Of a DNA stretch of 49,419 nucleotides, positions 1 to 8,946 are shown in pieces. A program made the translations under genes and the position numbers. Each line of letters begins with the position of its first letter. Position 1 is the stretch's first letter. Origin of the DNA: Candidatus Lindowbacteria bacterium RIFCSPLOWO2_12_FULL_62_27 (GTDB lineage Bacteria; Lindowbacteria; 2-12-FULL-62-27); NCBI GenBank assembly GCA_001784175.1, contig MFPR01000030.1:124001-173419 (forward strand), read 5' to 3'. The notes beneath the pieces are model-generated. The model was given only the letters and a program-made list of their open reading frames with translations, made no database searches and had not been told where the DNA came from.

Positions 1-692
1 AACGGCGTGCGGTCGTTCGCCGCCGCGTCCTCATTGACGGGATGGTTGTAGAAGTTCGTCCCGTCGTTCAGAGACCTGAACTCGTCCTTGATGTCCGTCG
101 CCGCCGGCGCGCCGTCGTGGCATTCATAGCAGAGATACTCCTCCTGGCGGATCGTGAGGTCGCTCGTGGGCTGGGTATTGGAGGTGTAAGGCCCCCCCGT
201 GAGATTGTCGGCGTCGACGATTCTCACGCCGTGCGGATCATGGCAATTGACGCATTCGCCGGTGTTGTTGCCCGAGGCCGGATAGACGACGTTGGCGCTC
301 GTCCAGTGCGAGGACAGTTCGAACTTGGCCTGGCCCGGCCAGCCCGGAAGATTGGCGTTGGTGTCGGTGTGGCAGACGAAACAGGTCGAATTGACCCACG
401 GAGACGCGGCGGAGGGGGCCGGCAGCATTTTCGGATAGCCGGCGCCGGCGTTGGGCGTGTCGGTCGAATCCAACGACGCATGCTGAATGTGGCAGTTGCC
501 GCAAAGTCCCGTGTCCCTGACGTCCGACGCGTAGCCTCCGATCCATCGAATCTGCGCGCCGGTGTCGGGATCGCCATGCGCGACGTTTTTGATGATGTTC
601 GCCGCCCAAATATCCCGTACGGTCAGAAAGCAAACCGCCAAAGAGATCAAGGCCGCCGCCGGGAGGGCGAATTTTTCCCACGACGAATTCAT
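1..692 (-). CDS. Secreted multiheme c-type cytochrome, 3' end outside the window (at least 4 hemes)
   Basis: Translated by hand; absent from the ORF track because it has no stop in the window. ATG at 692, 2 nt after the radical SAM stop, with GAGG upstream. Signal peptide MNSSWEKFALPAAALISLAVCFLTVRDIWA. Motifs CGNCH, CFVCH, CVNCHDPH, CYECH. Frame open to position 1. Confidence 0.9.
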   Translation of the reverse strand, partial: MNSSWEKFALPAAALISLAVCFLTVRDIWAANIIKNVAHGDPDTGAQIRWIGGYASDVRDTGLCGNCHIQHASLDSTDTPNAGAGYPKMLPAPSAASPWVNSTCFVCHTDTNANLPGWPGQAKFELSSHWTSANVVYPASGNNTGECVNCHDPHGVRIVDADNLTGGPYTSNTQPTSDLTIRQEEYLCYECHDGAPAATDIKDEFRSLNDGTNFYNHPVNEDAAANDRTP

Positions 693-694
693 CG

Positions 695-2155
695 TCAGAC
701 GGCCTCATGGACACTGTGCGCGGAAATGTGACGCGGAAGTTCCCCAAGCCGCAGGAGGTGCGATTTCAGGAATGAATTGTGCATCATGACCTTCATGGAA
801 CGCATCATGTACTCGCGTTTGAAATCGTTTTTCAACGCCCGGACCTCTGACAACTTGTCCATGTAAAAATCCCGGTAACAGCGCAGGACCGCCGTGAAAA
901 TTTCATCCCGGGACATGTTCTTCGGCCGGATGACCGGCTCGACCAGATTGTATTTGCTGAAATCCCATTCCTCGATATGGGGTTTGACCTGCGCGTAGAT
1001 GTCGCTGTAGGGCCAGGGCGTAAGAAGCAAAAAATGCGCGAAGTCCGGATTGAACCGTTTGGCCTGCTTGAGTGTGAAGGCGATGGACTGCGGGGTTTCG
1101 TCCGGCGTGCCGAGGACGAATGAGGTTTCGCTCACGATGTCGGCGGCGTTGATCAGCCGCAGGGCCTCCTTGGACTCTTCGACGGACAATTTCTTGTTGT
1201 AATCGTCGAGCCGGTCCTGTCCGGCCGCCTCCACGCCGACGTAGATGTGGATGATCCCGGCTTTGCGGTATTTCCAAAGGATGTCCGCGTCGCGAAGGAT
1301 GTCGACGACGGTCGTCTCCATGAGGAACATCACGTCTTTTTTCAGGCCGATCATCCGGTCGATGATTTCCTCCCATCGGCCGCGGTCGGTGGTGGGTCTT
1401 TCGTCGGGGATGAGAATGACGTTCACACCGTGCCTCTCGATCAACTCGCGCGCCAACTGCTCGAATTTGTCCGGTGAGATCGCCCGCCATGTCCGGTTCC
1501 AGAATTTTTGCTGGGAACAGAACGAACAGCCTTCCGAACAGCCGCGCGAGGTGCTGATGGAGCCGAGGGTGGAGTTCGGGATGACGTGATATTTGTAGAT
1601 GCTCCAATCGAGAAGACCGTAATCCGGCGAAAGCGTGTCCAGATCGCGGACGAATTCCCGGCGTCCGCCGGAAACGATCCGGCCGTCAACCCGGGCCCCC
1701 ACGCCGCGGGGCAGGCCGCCGTTCATTCCACCATCAAAAATCTGATTGAGCATGTCGCGAAACGGCAGTTCGCCCTCGCCGACGATGACATAATCGACGA
1801 AGGGATTTTCCGCGAGGATGTCCCGCCACATGAACGTCGCGTGGACGCCGCCGCATACGGTCACGACGCGCGGCGACATCTGTTTGACCCGGCGGAGCAT
1901 GTCGAGAGCGGCGGGAAAACTGGCGGTGTAGCCCCCGACGGCGATGAGGTCGGGATTGATTTCGGCGATCCTGCGGACCGCGCCGTCCAAATCCGCGCCT
2001 TCCGACATGGCGTCGTACAAAACGACGTCGAACTTGCTCCGGTCCAGCGCGCCGCCTAAAAACGTGAGGGCCAGCGGCATCCAGTTCCCGGCGCACTCGA
2101 GCACGCCGCAGTGGTAGGTGGGCGTCGCGAGCAGAATCCGCGGTTTACGAGGCAT
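695..2155 (-). CDS. Cobalamin-binding (class B) radical SAM enzyme, BchE-like/methyltransferase type
   Basis: CSEGCSFC (CxxxCxxC), N-terminal B12-binding motifs (PDLIAVGGYT...VCGGVHATF), YVGVEA, FVLGTPDET. Start moved to ATG 2155 (MPRKPRILL), overlapping the upstream stop. Confidence 0.9.
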   Translation of the reverse strand: MPRKPRILLATPTYHCGVLECAGNWMPLALTFLGGALDRSKFDVVLYDAMSEGADLDGAVRRIAEINPDLIAVGGYTASFPAALDMLRRVKQMSPRVVTVCGGVHATFMWRDILAENPFVDYVIVGEGELPFRDMLNQIFDGGMNGGLPRGVGARVDGRIVSGGRREFVRDLDTLSPDYGLLDWSIYKYHVIPNSTLGSISTSRGCSEGCSFCSQQKFWNRTWRAISPDKFEQLARELIERHGVNVILIPDERPTTDRGRWEEIIDRMIGLKKDVMFLMETTVVDILRDADILWKYRKAGIIHIYVGVEAAGQDRLDDYNKKLSVEESKEALRLINAADIVSETSFVLGTPDETPQSIAFTLKQAKRFNPDFAHFLLLTPWPYSDIYAQVKPHIEEWDFSKYNLVEPVIRPKNMSRDEIFTAVLRCYRDFYMDKLSEVRALKNDFKREYMMRSMKVMMHNSFLKSHLLRLGELPRHISAHSVHEAV

Positions 2156-2474
2156 GGCGTCTCCGCTTGCGCCACAGATGAACGGCAAACCAGACGGCGA
2201 TGACGCCGAAGATGGCATGTTTCCCCACGATCAACGCCATGTGCTCCCGCTCCGCCGTCTGGGTCGTGAAAATCCGCAGGACGCCCCCGACGCCGATCAG
2301 GACGAGCGTGGCCAGAAACGATTTGAACGTGCAGTCCGTGATTTGCTTTCGGAGTTCCGGGTTGTCTCCCAACTTTTTAATCAAAACGAAATGATAGACA
2401 ATGACGGCCACAAACAGCCCGGCGGAAAATTCGTGAAGGTAATGGACGGCGAGCGTATAAGCATCCATGGTCAT
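2145..2474 (-). CDS. Small integral membrane protein (3 TM, His-containing helices)
   Basis: Three hydrophobic segments with His residues (HYLHEF, YHF, GKH, VHL); overlaps both neighbours. Confidence 0.75.
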   Translation of the reverse strand: MTMDAYTLAVHYLHEFSAGLFVAVIVYHFVLIKKLGDNPELRKQITDCTFKSFLATLVLIGVGGVLRIFTTQTAEREHMALIVGKHAIFGVIAVWFAVHLWRKRRRHAS

Positions 2475-3103
2475 TCCCTCCGGTTGAAATGATTTTCCAT
2501 CGACGCCACGCTCGCGTCGATGATTCTCTTGCCCAGTTTCAACATCGTGTCGGCCCGGCCGACGCCGAAGACCGTCTCGTCGTCCCGTTCGGTCAGCGAA
2601 TGGGTCACGCTGACGAGGATGTCGCCGGTCCGGCCGTCCAGAAGCCGAATGGATATGCCCAGGGCCATCGGACTTTCGCGCCGTATCTCCGTCACGGCGC
2701 CGGCCACGACGAAATCCGCGCCGTATTTCTTCACGATGTCCTTGACCGTTTCAGGATCGATTTTGTGGAACCATCTGGCCCGACGTCCCTCCAGAACCTT
2801 GGCGGCGTCGCCCTGCGGAATCGCCTCGAAAATGCTCCCGGACGTGATCCGGTTGAACAGGATGTCATCCATGAAGGTGAAGTCGTCCTGCCGGCCCGTC
2901 AAATTCTGCAGGGGGAGAACGACGGTCTTGACGGACGTGACGATCATCCCGTTCAGTTTGGATTGCGCGACATAAACCGACGGGGGCATTTTGTTGCAGG
3001 CCATGAGGAGGACGCACAACCCGAGCAGACAACGGCCAACACGCAACTGGCAACGGCTTGGATTCCCGCGGGAAGGACGGAGGGGGCGGAATAACCCTGT
3101 CAT
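2471..3103 (-). CDS. Lipoprotein, CsgG/PelC/LpoB-like alpha/beta fold
   Basis: Lipobox LMAC; VVLPLQNLTG ... GADFVVAGAVTE ... ISIRLLDGRTGDIL pattern. Confidence 0.75.
   Translation of the reverse strand: MTGLFRPLRPSRGNPSRCQLRVGRCLLGLCVLLMACNKMPPSVYVAQSKLNGMIVTSVKTVVLPLQNLTGRQDDFTFMDDILFNRITSGSIFEAIPQGDAAKVLEGRRARWFHKIDPETVKDIVKKYGADFVVAGAVTEIRRESPMALGISIRLLDGRTGDILVSVTHSLTERDDETVFGVGRADTMLKLGKRIIDASVASMENHFNRRE
3059..3079. repeat. REP-like palindrome TGGATTCCCGCGGGAA(G/T)GACG, second copy at 22562-22582
   Basis: 20/21 identity between the two copies; core TTCCCGCGGGAA is a perfect palindrome. Confidence 0.6.
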
Positions 3104-3693
3104 GGCGTTTTGGGCCTCGCCTTTGAGCGGGCCGCCGCGGCGACGAATGGCCTCAGAATTTCCCGCACGGCGGTTTCAAGATTGGCCGCGCGGGTCCGCT
3201 CCGCCCCCGCGCTCAGCATGCGCGGGCGATCGGAGGCAGAAATGATTTTTTCGTTGTAAAACAGCATTTCCTCGCGCTCGACGTCGTAGATCGTCAGGCC
3301 GATGTAGACTTCGTTCCCCTCCCCCTCCTCGAATTTGCGCAGAACGGGAGCGATGACGATCCGATCGCCGAGCTTCCGGCCGGCCCTGCAGAGGCGGTCT
3401 TTATCGATGGTGCCGATCCATTCGACGTCCACTTCATCCAGCGCCCGTTCGACCGCGGACGGATTTTCCAGAACGAACAGACCGGATTGCCCCACCAGGG
3501 TAAACAGGATCTCATCCGTTTTGACGCCCGCCATGGGATCGGGGACAAAGTTCAGGACCGGCAAAATCATCGCCGAGGCCGGCCACGCCACGAATTTGAC
3601 GGACGGACTGACATACAGGTGGGGCTTGGGAGGCGCCGCGACGGTGCAGGATAGAATAATCGCGCAGGCCGGCAGAGCGAGCCGCCCGTTCAT
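3100..3693 (-). CDS. Lipoprotein, CsgG/PelC-like fold
   Basis: Lipobox ILSC; MILPVLNF ... IGLTIYDVEREEMLF pattern, paralogous to neighbours; ATGA overlaps. Confidence 0.7.
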   Translation of the reverse strand: MNGRLALPACAIILSCTVAAPPKPHLYVSPSVKFVAWPASAMILPVLNFVPDPMAGVKTDEILFTLVGQSGLFVLENPSAVERALDEVDVEWIGTIDKDRLCRAGRKLGDRIVIAPVLRKFEEGEGNEVYIGLTIYDVEREEMLFYNEKIISASDRPRMLSAGAERTRAANLETAVREILRPFVAAAARSKARPKTP

Positions 3694-4541
3694 GGCTTTT
3701 TCACCATCTCGATGATTTTCGCCTTCACTTTGTAATCCAAGATCATCGAGTGAAGTTTGTTTTCAATTTGGAAAATCGTCCGCACATCCCGCAATTTGGC
3801 GCCGTCGGCGCCCGCGGCGCCGTCCAGAAGAGAGCGGCTCTCCTTGATCCATCGGGCGTCGGGGTCATTCAGTCCCAGCGCTTCGCTCTCTTTCAGCATC
3901 CTCCGCACCTTCTCGACTTTTCTCCCCTTGATGGACTTCAAATGAGGCTCTATATTTTCGGCGAATTTTTCGATCAGCCGCTCGCATATTTCGACGGTCA
4001 ATTCCATCCGGGTTTTTTTCCGCCGGCCCGGGACATTGTACTGATTCGCGGACGCCGCCGCCGTGGATTCGTCGTAATACAGGATCCGGCCATCCCGGAC
4101 CCTGTAGATTCGGAGCCCGATGGTGATCTGCGGATAATCGTCCACCACCGCAACATCTTCAACGGACACCACGATGAGATAGCCGAGCTTGGCGGCCCGG
4201 GCGACGGTGAGAAGCGTTTCGAGGGCGGGCACATCGTTCCAGCGAAGATACCGCCGGTTGAGCTCGCGAAAAACGTCGTCCGCCGTCGAATAGGGTTCGA
4301 TCAGACCCTCCCGGATCAGCACATTTTTGATGATGTCGGTATACTTCCAGTTCTCCTGCGCCATCCGACCCGTTCGGTCGAGAAGCGGAGAAAATCCAAT
4401 CGTGTTTTCCTCGGAAATCAGATTCTGGATGTCGTCTTCGAGGTCCAGATAATGTCGGCCGGCTGAATCCTGCCGGCATCCGGCGAAAAGCAGGGCCAGC
4501 GCCAGAACGACCGCCTTATTCCCAGCGGACAATTTTATCAC
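3690..4541 (-). CDS. Lipoprotein, CsgG/PelC-like fold with C-terminal helical extension
   Basis: Lipobox FAGC; IGFSPLLDRTG ... ITIGLRIYRVRDGRILY pattern. Confidence 0.7.
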   Translation of the reverse strand: MIKLSAGNKAVVLALALLFAGCRQDSAGRHYLDLEDDIQNLISEENTIGFSPLLDRTGRMAQENWKYTDIIKNVLIREGLIEPYSTADDVFRELNRRYLRWNDVPALETLLTVARAAKLGYLIVVSVEDVAVVDDYPQITIGLRIYRVRDGRILYYDESTAAASANQYNVPGRRKKTRMELTVEICERLIEKFAENIEPHLKSIKGRKVEKVRRMLKESEALGLNDPDARWIKESRSLLDGAAGADGAKLRDVRTIFQIENKLHSMILDYKVKAKIIEMVKKP

Positions 4542-5991
4542 CCCGCAGTTCCACGAGCTTCGGCTCGATCGTCCATTCCTCCGTGCCGCCGACCGCGGAC
4601 GTGACGTTCGTTTTTCTTCGGAAGACGATTTTGAAGAGTTTCCTGCCGTCCGGGGCGCTGACCACCCGGACGCCGGACATGGGTTTGACGCTCACGGCCT
4701 CCGGCTCCATTTTTGTCACGACGCCATTTTTTAATGGATCCGCCCGGGCGCCCTTGAAAAGGGCGATCAGTTTGACAAGGTCCGGAAAGTCGTCTGTGAA
4801 GATGTCCCGGATTCTCTCAACGTCGCCTTCCGCCAGCGCCGCCACGGCGTTGTCCATGACCATCAGGGCGTCCCGGTTCTCTTTTTTGGCGGCCAGCCGC
4901 TCTTCAAAGGGCGTTTCAGTCAGATCGCGCTTGGAAATCCTCTCCCGCGTCGACATCCATCCGTCCGTATCAGGCTCAACCGGGATCGACACCAGGGAAT
5001 CCCGAACCCTTCCCATGCGCGAGGCAATCCAGACGGCGCCCTGATGAAATTCAACGGCCGACACGGTCGGCGAGATGTCGGTCGATTCAATTTCAAAAAA
5101 CGCCTCCCGCCTGTTGTCATAGCCCACCAGTCCCCGCTCCTCCGTGCCGACCAGGGTAAACGACGCCAGCGGGAAAATTTTCGTCACCGCATAGTCGTAT
5201 TCGCCGCCCAGCTTGATTCGGACGGCTTCCCCGGTCTCCGGCTGAAACTCCCAGATTCTTCCCGGGGCGCCGCACCAGAGCCTGCCGCCGACGAATTTGA
5301 TTCTTCGGATGTCCTCGTCACGGAACCCCTTTTCATAGGAGGCCCGGGTAAAGCGCTCCACGTCCGGCTCGAATTTCGTGAGTCCAAGATCCGTGGCCAG
5401 CCAGACAACCCCTCCCTCGATTTCGATGTCGTTCAGGCCGTTTGACCCCAGTCCATCCTCGGCCGTGTAGAGAGTCCAGGTGTGAAATCCCCTGTCGTAA
5501 CGGATCAGGCCCCCCGGCGTGTCGACTCCGAACGGATTGTCATGGGCAAGGGCCAGAAAGAGGTACCGGTCCGTCCATTCGATGTCCAGCAGGGGATAAC
5601 CCTTCCAGTTCGCCTGCCCGGGCCGCTGGGAGAAATTCTCCGTGAACAGGTCAAAAACGCACATTCCCGTGTCCGTCGCCAGATACAGGTAACGGTCGAT
5701 GATTTTCATGTCGTTGATTTTGTATTGGCCGAACCCCTCGGGGAGATCATAGTGTGTCCATCGGTCCGATGGGACTTCGTAGCGGTCCATTTTGCCGTTG
5801 GCGTATCCGATCCATAACGACTCTTTGCCGGATGCCATCGCCGTGATGACTTCCTGGACCCGTCTCGATGACAGATTGTACGTTCGCCATTCCGCGCCAT
5901 ACCCGGCGCCCGCGAGCGCGGCCACGGCCGCCACGCAAAGCACGACGGCCGCCAAAGACGCCGGCCGGCCTCCGGAAAACCGCGCGGTCAT
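4516..5991 (-). CDS. Secreted beta-propeller protein (regulator-propeller-like repeats)
   Basis: Signal peptide; repeated LW(I/L)(G/A)T..G blades, e.g. WTLYTAEDGLGSNGLNDI..VWLATDLGL. Confidence 0.75.
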   Translation of the reverse strand: MTARFSGGRPASLAAVVLCVAAVAALAGAGYGAEWRTYNLSSRRVQEVITAMASGKESLWIGYANGKMDRYEVPSDRWTHYDLPEGFGQYKINDMKIIDRYLYLATDTGMCVFDLFTENFSQRPGQANWKGYPLLDIEWTDRYLFLALAHDNPFGVDTPGGLIRYDRGFHTWTLYTAEDGLGSNGLNDIEIEGGVVWLATDLGLTKFEPDVERFTRASYEKGFRDEDIRRIKFVGGRLWCGAPGRIWEFQPETGEAVRIKLGGEYDYAVTKIFPLASFTLVGTEERGLVGYDNRREAFFEIESTDISPTVSAVEFHQGAVWIASRMGRVRDSLVSIPVEPDTDGWMSTRERISKRDLTETPFEERLAAKKENRDALMVMDNAVAALAEGDVERIRDIFTDDFPDLVKLIALFKGARADPLKNGVVTKMEPEAVSVKPMSGVRVVSAPDGRKLFKIVFRRKTNVTSAVGGTEEWTIEPKLVELRGDKIVRWE

Positions 5992-6581
5992 TTCCCGCCT
6001 CCGTCGCCGCCGTATCCGCGTCTGGCAGCCCGGCCTCGTTTGAACATGGCGCGGACGGTCTTCGCCGTGAGCTTCTGCACGAGCCGTTTCATCGACGTCG
6101 TTTCGCCGATGCCGAACGTCGGCAGGTCGCTTGTGCCGACCACGCCGATGTCGGCGGTCCAGATGGTGACGCCGGATTCGATGTCGATGATTTTCGAGAC
6201 TACATTGATTTCGGGCTTGCCCTCGTCGTACACTTGAATCGTACCGTACACGATGATGTCGGCCCCGAATTGCTCCTGAATCTTCTTCATCTCCTCGCCG
6301 GTAAGAAACCGGCCGGCCTCGATCCTCTTCTCCCGCAAGAAAGCCTCAATCTGGCTCTCCGGCACGACGTCGAAAATCCGGCTGTTTAGAATCTCGACGA
6401 CCAGGGACTCCTTGATGATGACCGGCGCCTTGGCGTTGCCGGCCAGGTTGTAGAACGGCAGTACGACCGCTTTCTTCGCTGCCGTCATATCCGCCAGCGG
6501 ATGCACGTAGACGTGATTGGTCGTCCCACAGCCGCACAGGAGGGCCGCCAGACACACCCAGGGCAGAATTCCAGATCGCAC
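5988..6581 (-). CDS. Lipoprotein, CsgG/PelC/GNA1162-like fold
   Basis: Lipobox LCGC; KKAVVLPFYNLAG ... GADIIVYGTI ... KIIDIESGVTIW. Start set to GTG 6581 downstream of GGAGG (track start 6611). Confidence 0.8.
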   Translation of the reverse strand: MRSGILPWVCLAALLCGCGTTNHVYVHPLADMTAAKKAVVLPFYNLAGNAKAPVIIKESLVVEILNSRIFDVVPESQIEAFLREKRIEAGRFLTGEEMKKIQEQFGADIIVYGTIQVYDEGKPEINVVSKIIDIESGVTIWTADIGVVGTSDLPTFGIGETTSMKRLVQKLTAKTVRAMFKRGRAARRGYGGDGGGK

Positions 6582-6601
6582 GGCGCCCCATCCTCCCTTG
6601 A

Positions 6602-8308
6602 TCAGAACCATAGATTGTACGCGCTGCTCAGTTGGTTCGAATCCCGGACGCCCGGCAGGTGGTTCAATCCGTAGCTGAGCGTGAGGCGCGATTTCTCGAC
6701 ATCCCGGGACCGGACTTCGATTTTCAGCGTGCCCGCGTTATTTTTCGCGATGTCGATCAAGTTCAGCGTGGAGGCGAGCGTCAGCTTGTGGGTGAGGGCA
6801 AACGAGAGCGAATGGACGACGCCGACCCTCACCGAGGTCGTGCTGGATTTGCCGGCGGCGGCGCGCGCCCTCGTATGGTCGAGGTAGGAGGTCACGGAGA
6901 GGAATCGGCCAAGGTTCAGTCGGACCTCGGCGGACTGGTTGAAGGATTTCCGGCCGGCGTCTTTCGAGTGGTTCAGATAGCCGCTGATCGTCAGAGGCGC
7001 CTTGCTGACGGAGAACGTCCCCCCCATCAGGTAGTCGCGGGTCAGATTCGCGCCCGACCCGCTCCGCTCCTTCCGGATTCGGTTGCCCAGATCGAACGCG
7101 GTCCGCTTGCTGAAGACATAACGCAGTTTATTCTCCATCAGGTTGCTGCGTCCGGAACTGCGCTCCTCGAAATTCCGCGACACGGATTCGACGTACTTGA
7201 CGGAAAGCGTCGCAATGTCCCGGTAGAGGCCGGCCGTCAAGAGATGGCTGAATCCGCCGGACTCCAGCGTCTTTATTTTCCCGTTTGCGCCGTTGTATCG
7301 CGCGTCCCGGTTCGCGTCGAGCCGGACACTGACGGACGGCAGGGGGTCCAGGGCGAGGCTGATGCCGGCGGCGTTGTTTTTCTGCGCCGTGGGCAATCCC
7401 ATGCCGATGCGGACCTGATTGAAGCTTCCGGACCACCGGGCGTTCTCGACGACGGTTCCCTGGAGAGAAACGGCATTCTCGATCTGGCGGGATTTGCCGC
7501 CGGCGTGGGCGTCCGATAGGGCGTAGCCCATCGTGTTCGATAACGACAGTTTCGGCAGGAGCGCGGCGTTGAAGAGGAGATTGACGAAATGCCTCGTGGA
7601 CCGCGAGGTGGTCCGCGAGGATTGTGTGGCGTTCGACAGATTGTATTTGATGTTCAGGCTCGAGTTGGGCATCAACAGAAATCCGCGGTTGTAGCCGTAA
7701 TCGAACATCAATCCTCGCGTGGTTTCATGGGTCGCGCGGCCGGCGGCAAGATTGTCGAAGATCCGGTTCTGGAAGGTATACCGGAGCGTAACGGCTTTGA
7801 TCTGGTAAGCCGAATTCATCAGGAGTTCCTTCGATTCCGAGGATTTCCGGCTGAGATTGAAATTCTGCGCCATGCGGGTGCTGAAATCCAGGGAGGGCAG
7901 GTATCGCGGCATGGCCAGTCCCAGGGTCGATGTGAAATTCCGGTCCAGGCGCTGGTTGCCTTCGTCCGTGGCCGACTGAAACTGCCGGATGCCCAGGGCC
8001 CATTTGTACTTTGATTTGGCCTCCGTCGCGTCCAGAAAAGGAGAGATGCGGTAGGTGGACGCGGTTTTCTGATTTGCGCCGCTGGCCACGAATTGCGCCG
8101 CGGCGCCGATGTTGATCTTCTTGTTCAGCCTCCGGTCGGCGCTGAGATTGTAAGTCCGCAAAAATCCCTCCGACATCCGCTCTTCGGCCCACGACTTGTC
8201 GTATCTCCAGTTGACGCTGCCGGTCAGCGGACGCGCGGATGCGCCGAGAATCAAGGTTCCCAGAAGGAACAGGACGGACAGAGACACGCCCAAAAGAGCC
8301 GAATTCAT
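6602..8308 (-). CDS. Outer-membrane beta-barrel protein
   Basis: Signal peptide, long run of amphipathic alternating beta-strands, C-terminal beta-signal AYNLWF. Confidence 0.8.
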   Translation of the reverse strand: MNSALLGVSLSVLFLLGTLILGASARPLTGSVNWRYDKSWAEERMSEGFLRTYNLSADRRLNKKINIGAAAQFVASGANQKTASTYRISPFLDATEAKSKYKWALGIRQFQSATDEGNQRLDRNFTSTLGLAMPRYLPSLDFSTRMAQNFNLSRKSSESKELLMNSAYQIKAVTLRYTFQNRIFDNLAAGRATHETTRGLMFDYGYNRGFLLMPNSSLNIKYNLSNATQSSRTTSRSTRHFVNLLFNAALLPKLSLSNTMGYALSDAHAGGKSRQIENAVSLQGTVVENARWSGSFNQVRIGMGLPTAQKNNAAGISLALDPLPSVSVRLDANRDARYNGANGKIKTLESGGFSHLLTAGLYRDIATLSVKYVESVSRNFEERSSGRSNLMENKLRYVFSKRTAFDLGNRIRKERSGSGANLTRDYLMGGTFSVSKAPLTISGYLNHSKDAGRKSFNQSAEVRLNLGRFLSVTSYLDHTRARAAAGKSSTTSVRVGVVHSLSFALTHKLTLASTLNLIDIAKNNAGTLKIEVRSRDVEKSRLTLSYGLNHLPGVRDSNQLSSAYNLWF

Positions 8309-8760
8309 TTGAGCGCGCCCGTATCCGGCAATTGGATTCGCCGAAGGTAAAAGGCGATGGGCAGCTTGTTGTCATTGCCGAATCGGGGATATCTCTGAAA
8401 AATCCATTGCCGGTATTTCAGATCTGCGCCGACAAAACAGGACAGATAGGCCGCCGGATTGTCCGGCTTCTCCGAACGCGCTTGAACCGCCCGCGTTTTG
8501 TCCGAAAAGGAGAAACTCGGCAGAAATTCGGTGATGAGCAGGGTGAGATCTGTGCCGGGGATTTTTACTTTTTTACCGAAGGGCAGGGCATACACATTTT
8601 GAATCGACGGGTCCTGCTTGCTGACAACGGCAATTTCATAGGAGGCCTTTTTGTAAAGGGGCGGAGTTGCCCCGGGCTTGTCGCAACCCCAGGCGACAAA
8701 CAGCGCGAAGCACCCGACGATTCGTATGGACGTATCCCCAAACCACACACGTTCCTCCAT
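8305..8760 (-). CDS. Lipoprotein of unknown function (DUF2155-like; shares a motif with the ResB insert)
   Basis: RBS AAGGAG, lipobox AWGC; EFLPSF...SEKPDNPAA...QWIFQRYPRF. Confidence 0.7.
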   Translation of the reverse strand: MEERVWFGDTSIRIVGCFALFVAWGCDKPGATPPLYKKASYEIAVVSKQDPSIQNVYALPFGKKVKIPGTDLTLLITEFLPSFSFSDKTRAVQARSEKPDNPAAYLSCFVGADLKYRQWIFQRYPRFGNDNKLPIAFYLRRIQLPDTGALK

Positions 8761-8825
8761 AGCGGTCTCCTTTGGCGCAGTCCGTTTCCGCCTCGCTCAA
8801 CCGATACCCATCCCCTCTGGATACA

Positions 8826-8848
8826 CCGGGAGGGCATACCCTCCCCGG
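8826..8848 (-). other. Stem-loop downstream of omcS-like gene (no U-tract; stabiliser or partial terminator)
   Basis: CCGGGAGGG-cata-CCCTCCCCGG inverted repeat in the 186-bp intergenic gap. Confidence 0.55.
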
Positions 8849-8946
8849 GCTCCCTGTTTACAAACACGAACCGCCTTCAGGACGGGTTAATCTCCGTCGT
8901 CTACACTGACGACCTCCGCGAATCCGCCAGCCGATCCCGCGCAAAC

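Noticed and set aside
695-2155. Calling the radical SAM bchE (photosynthesis)
   Set aside because: No bch/puf genes in the window; family-level similarity only.
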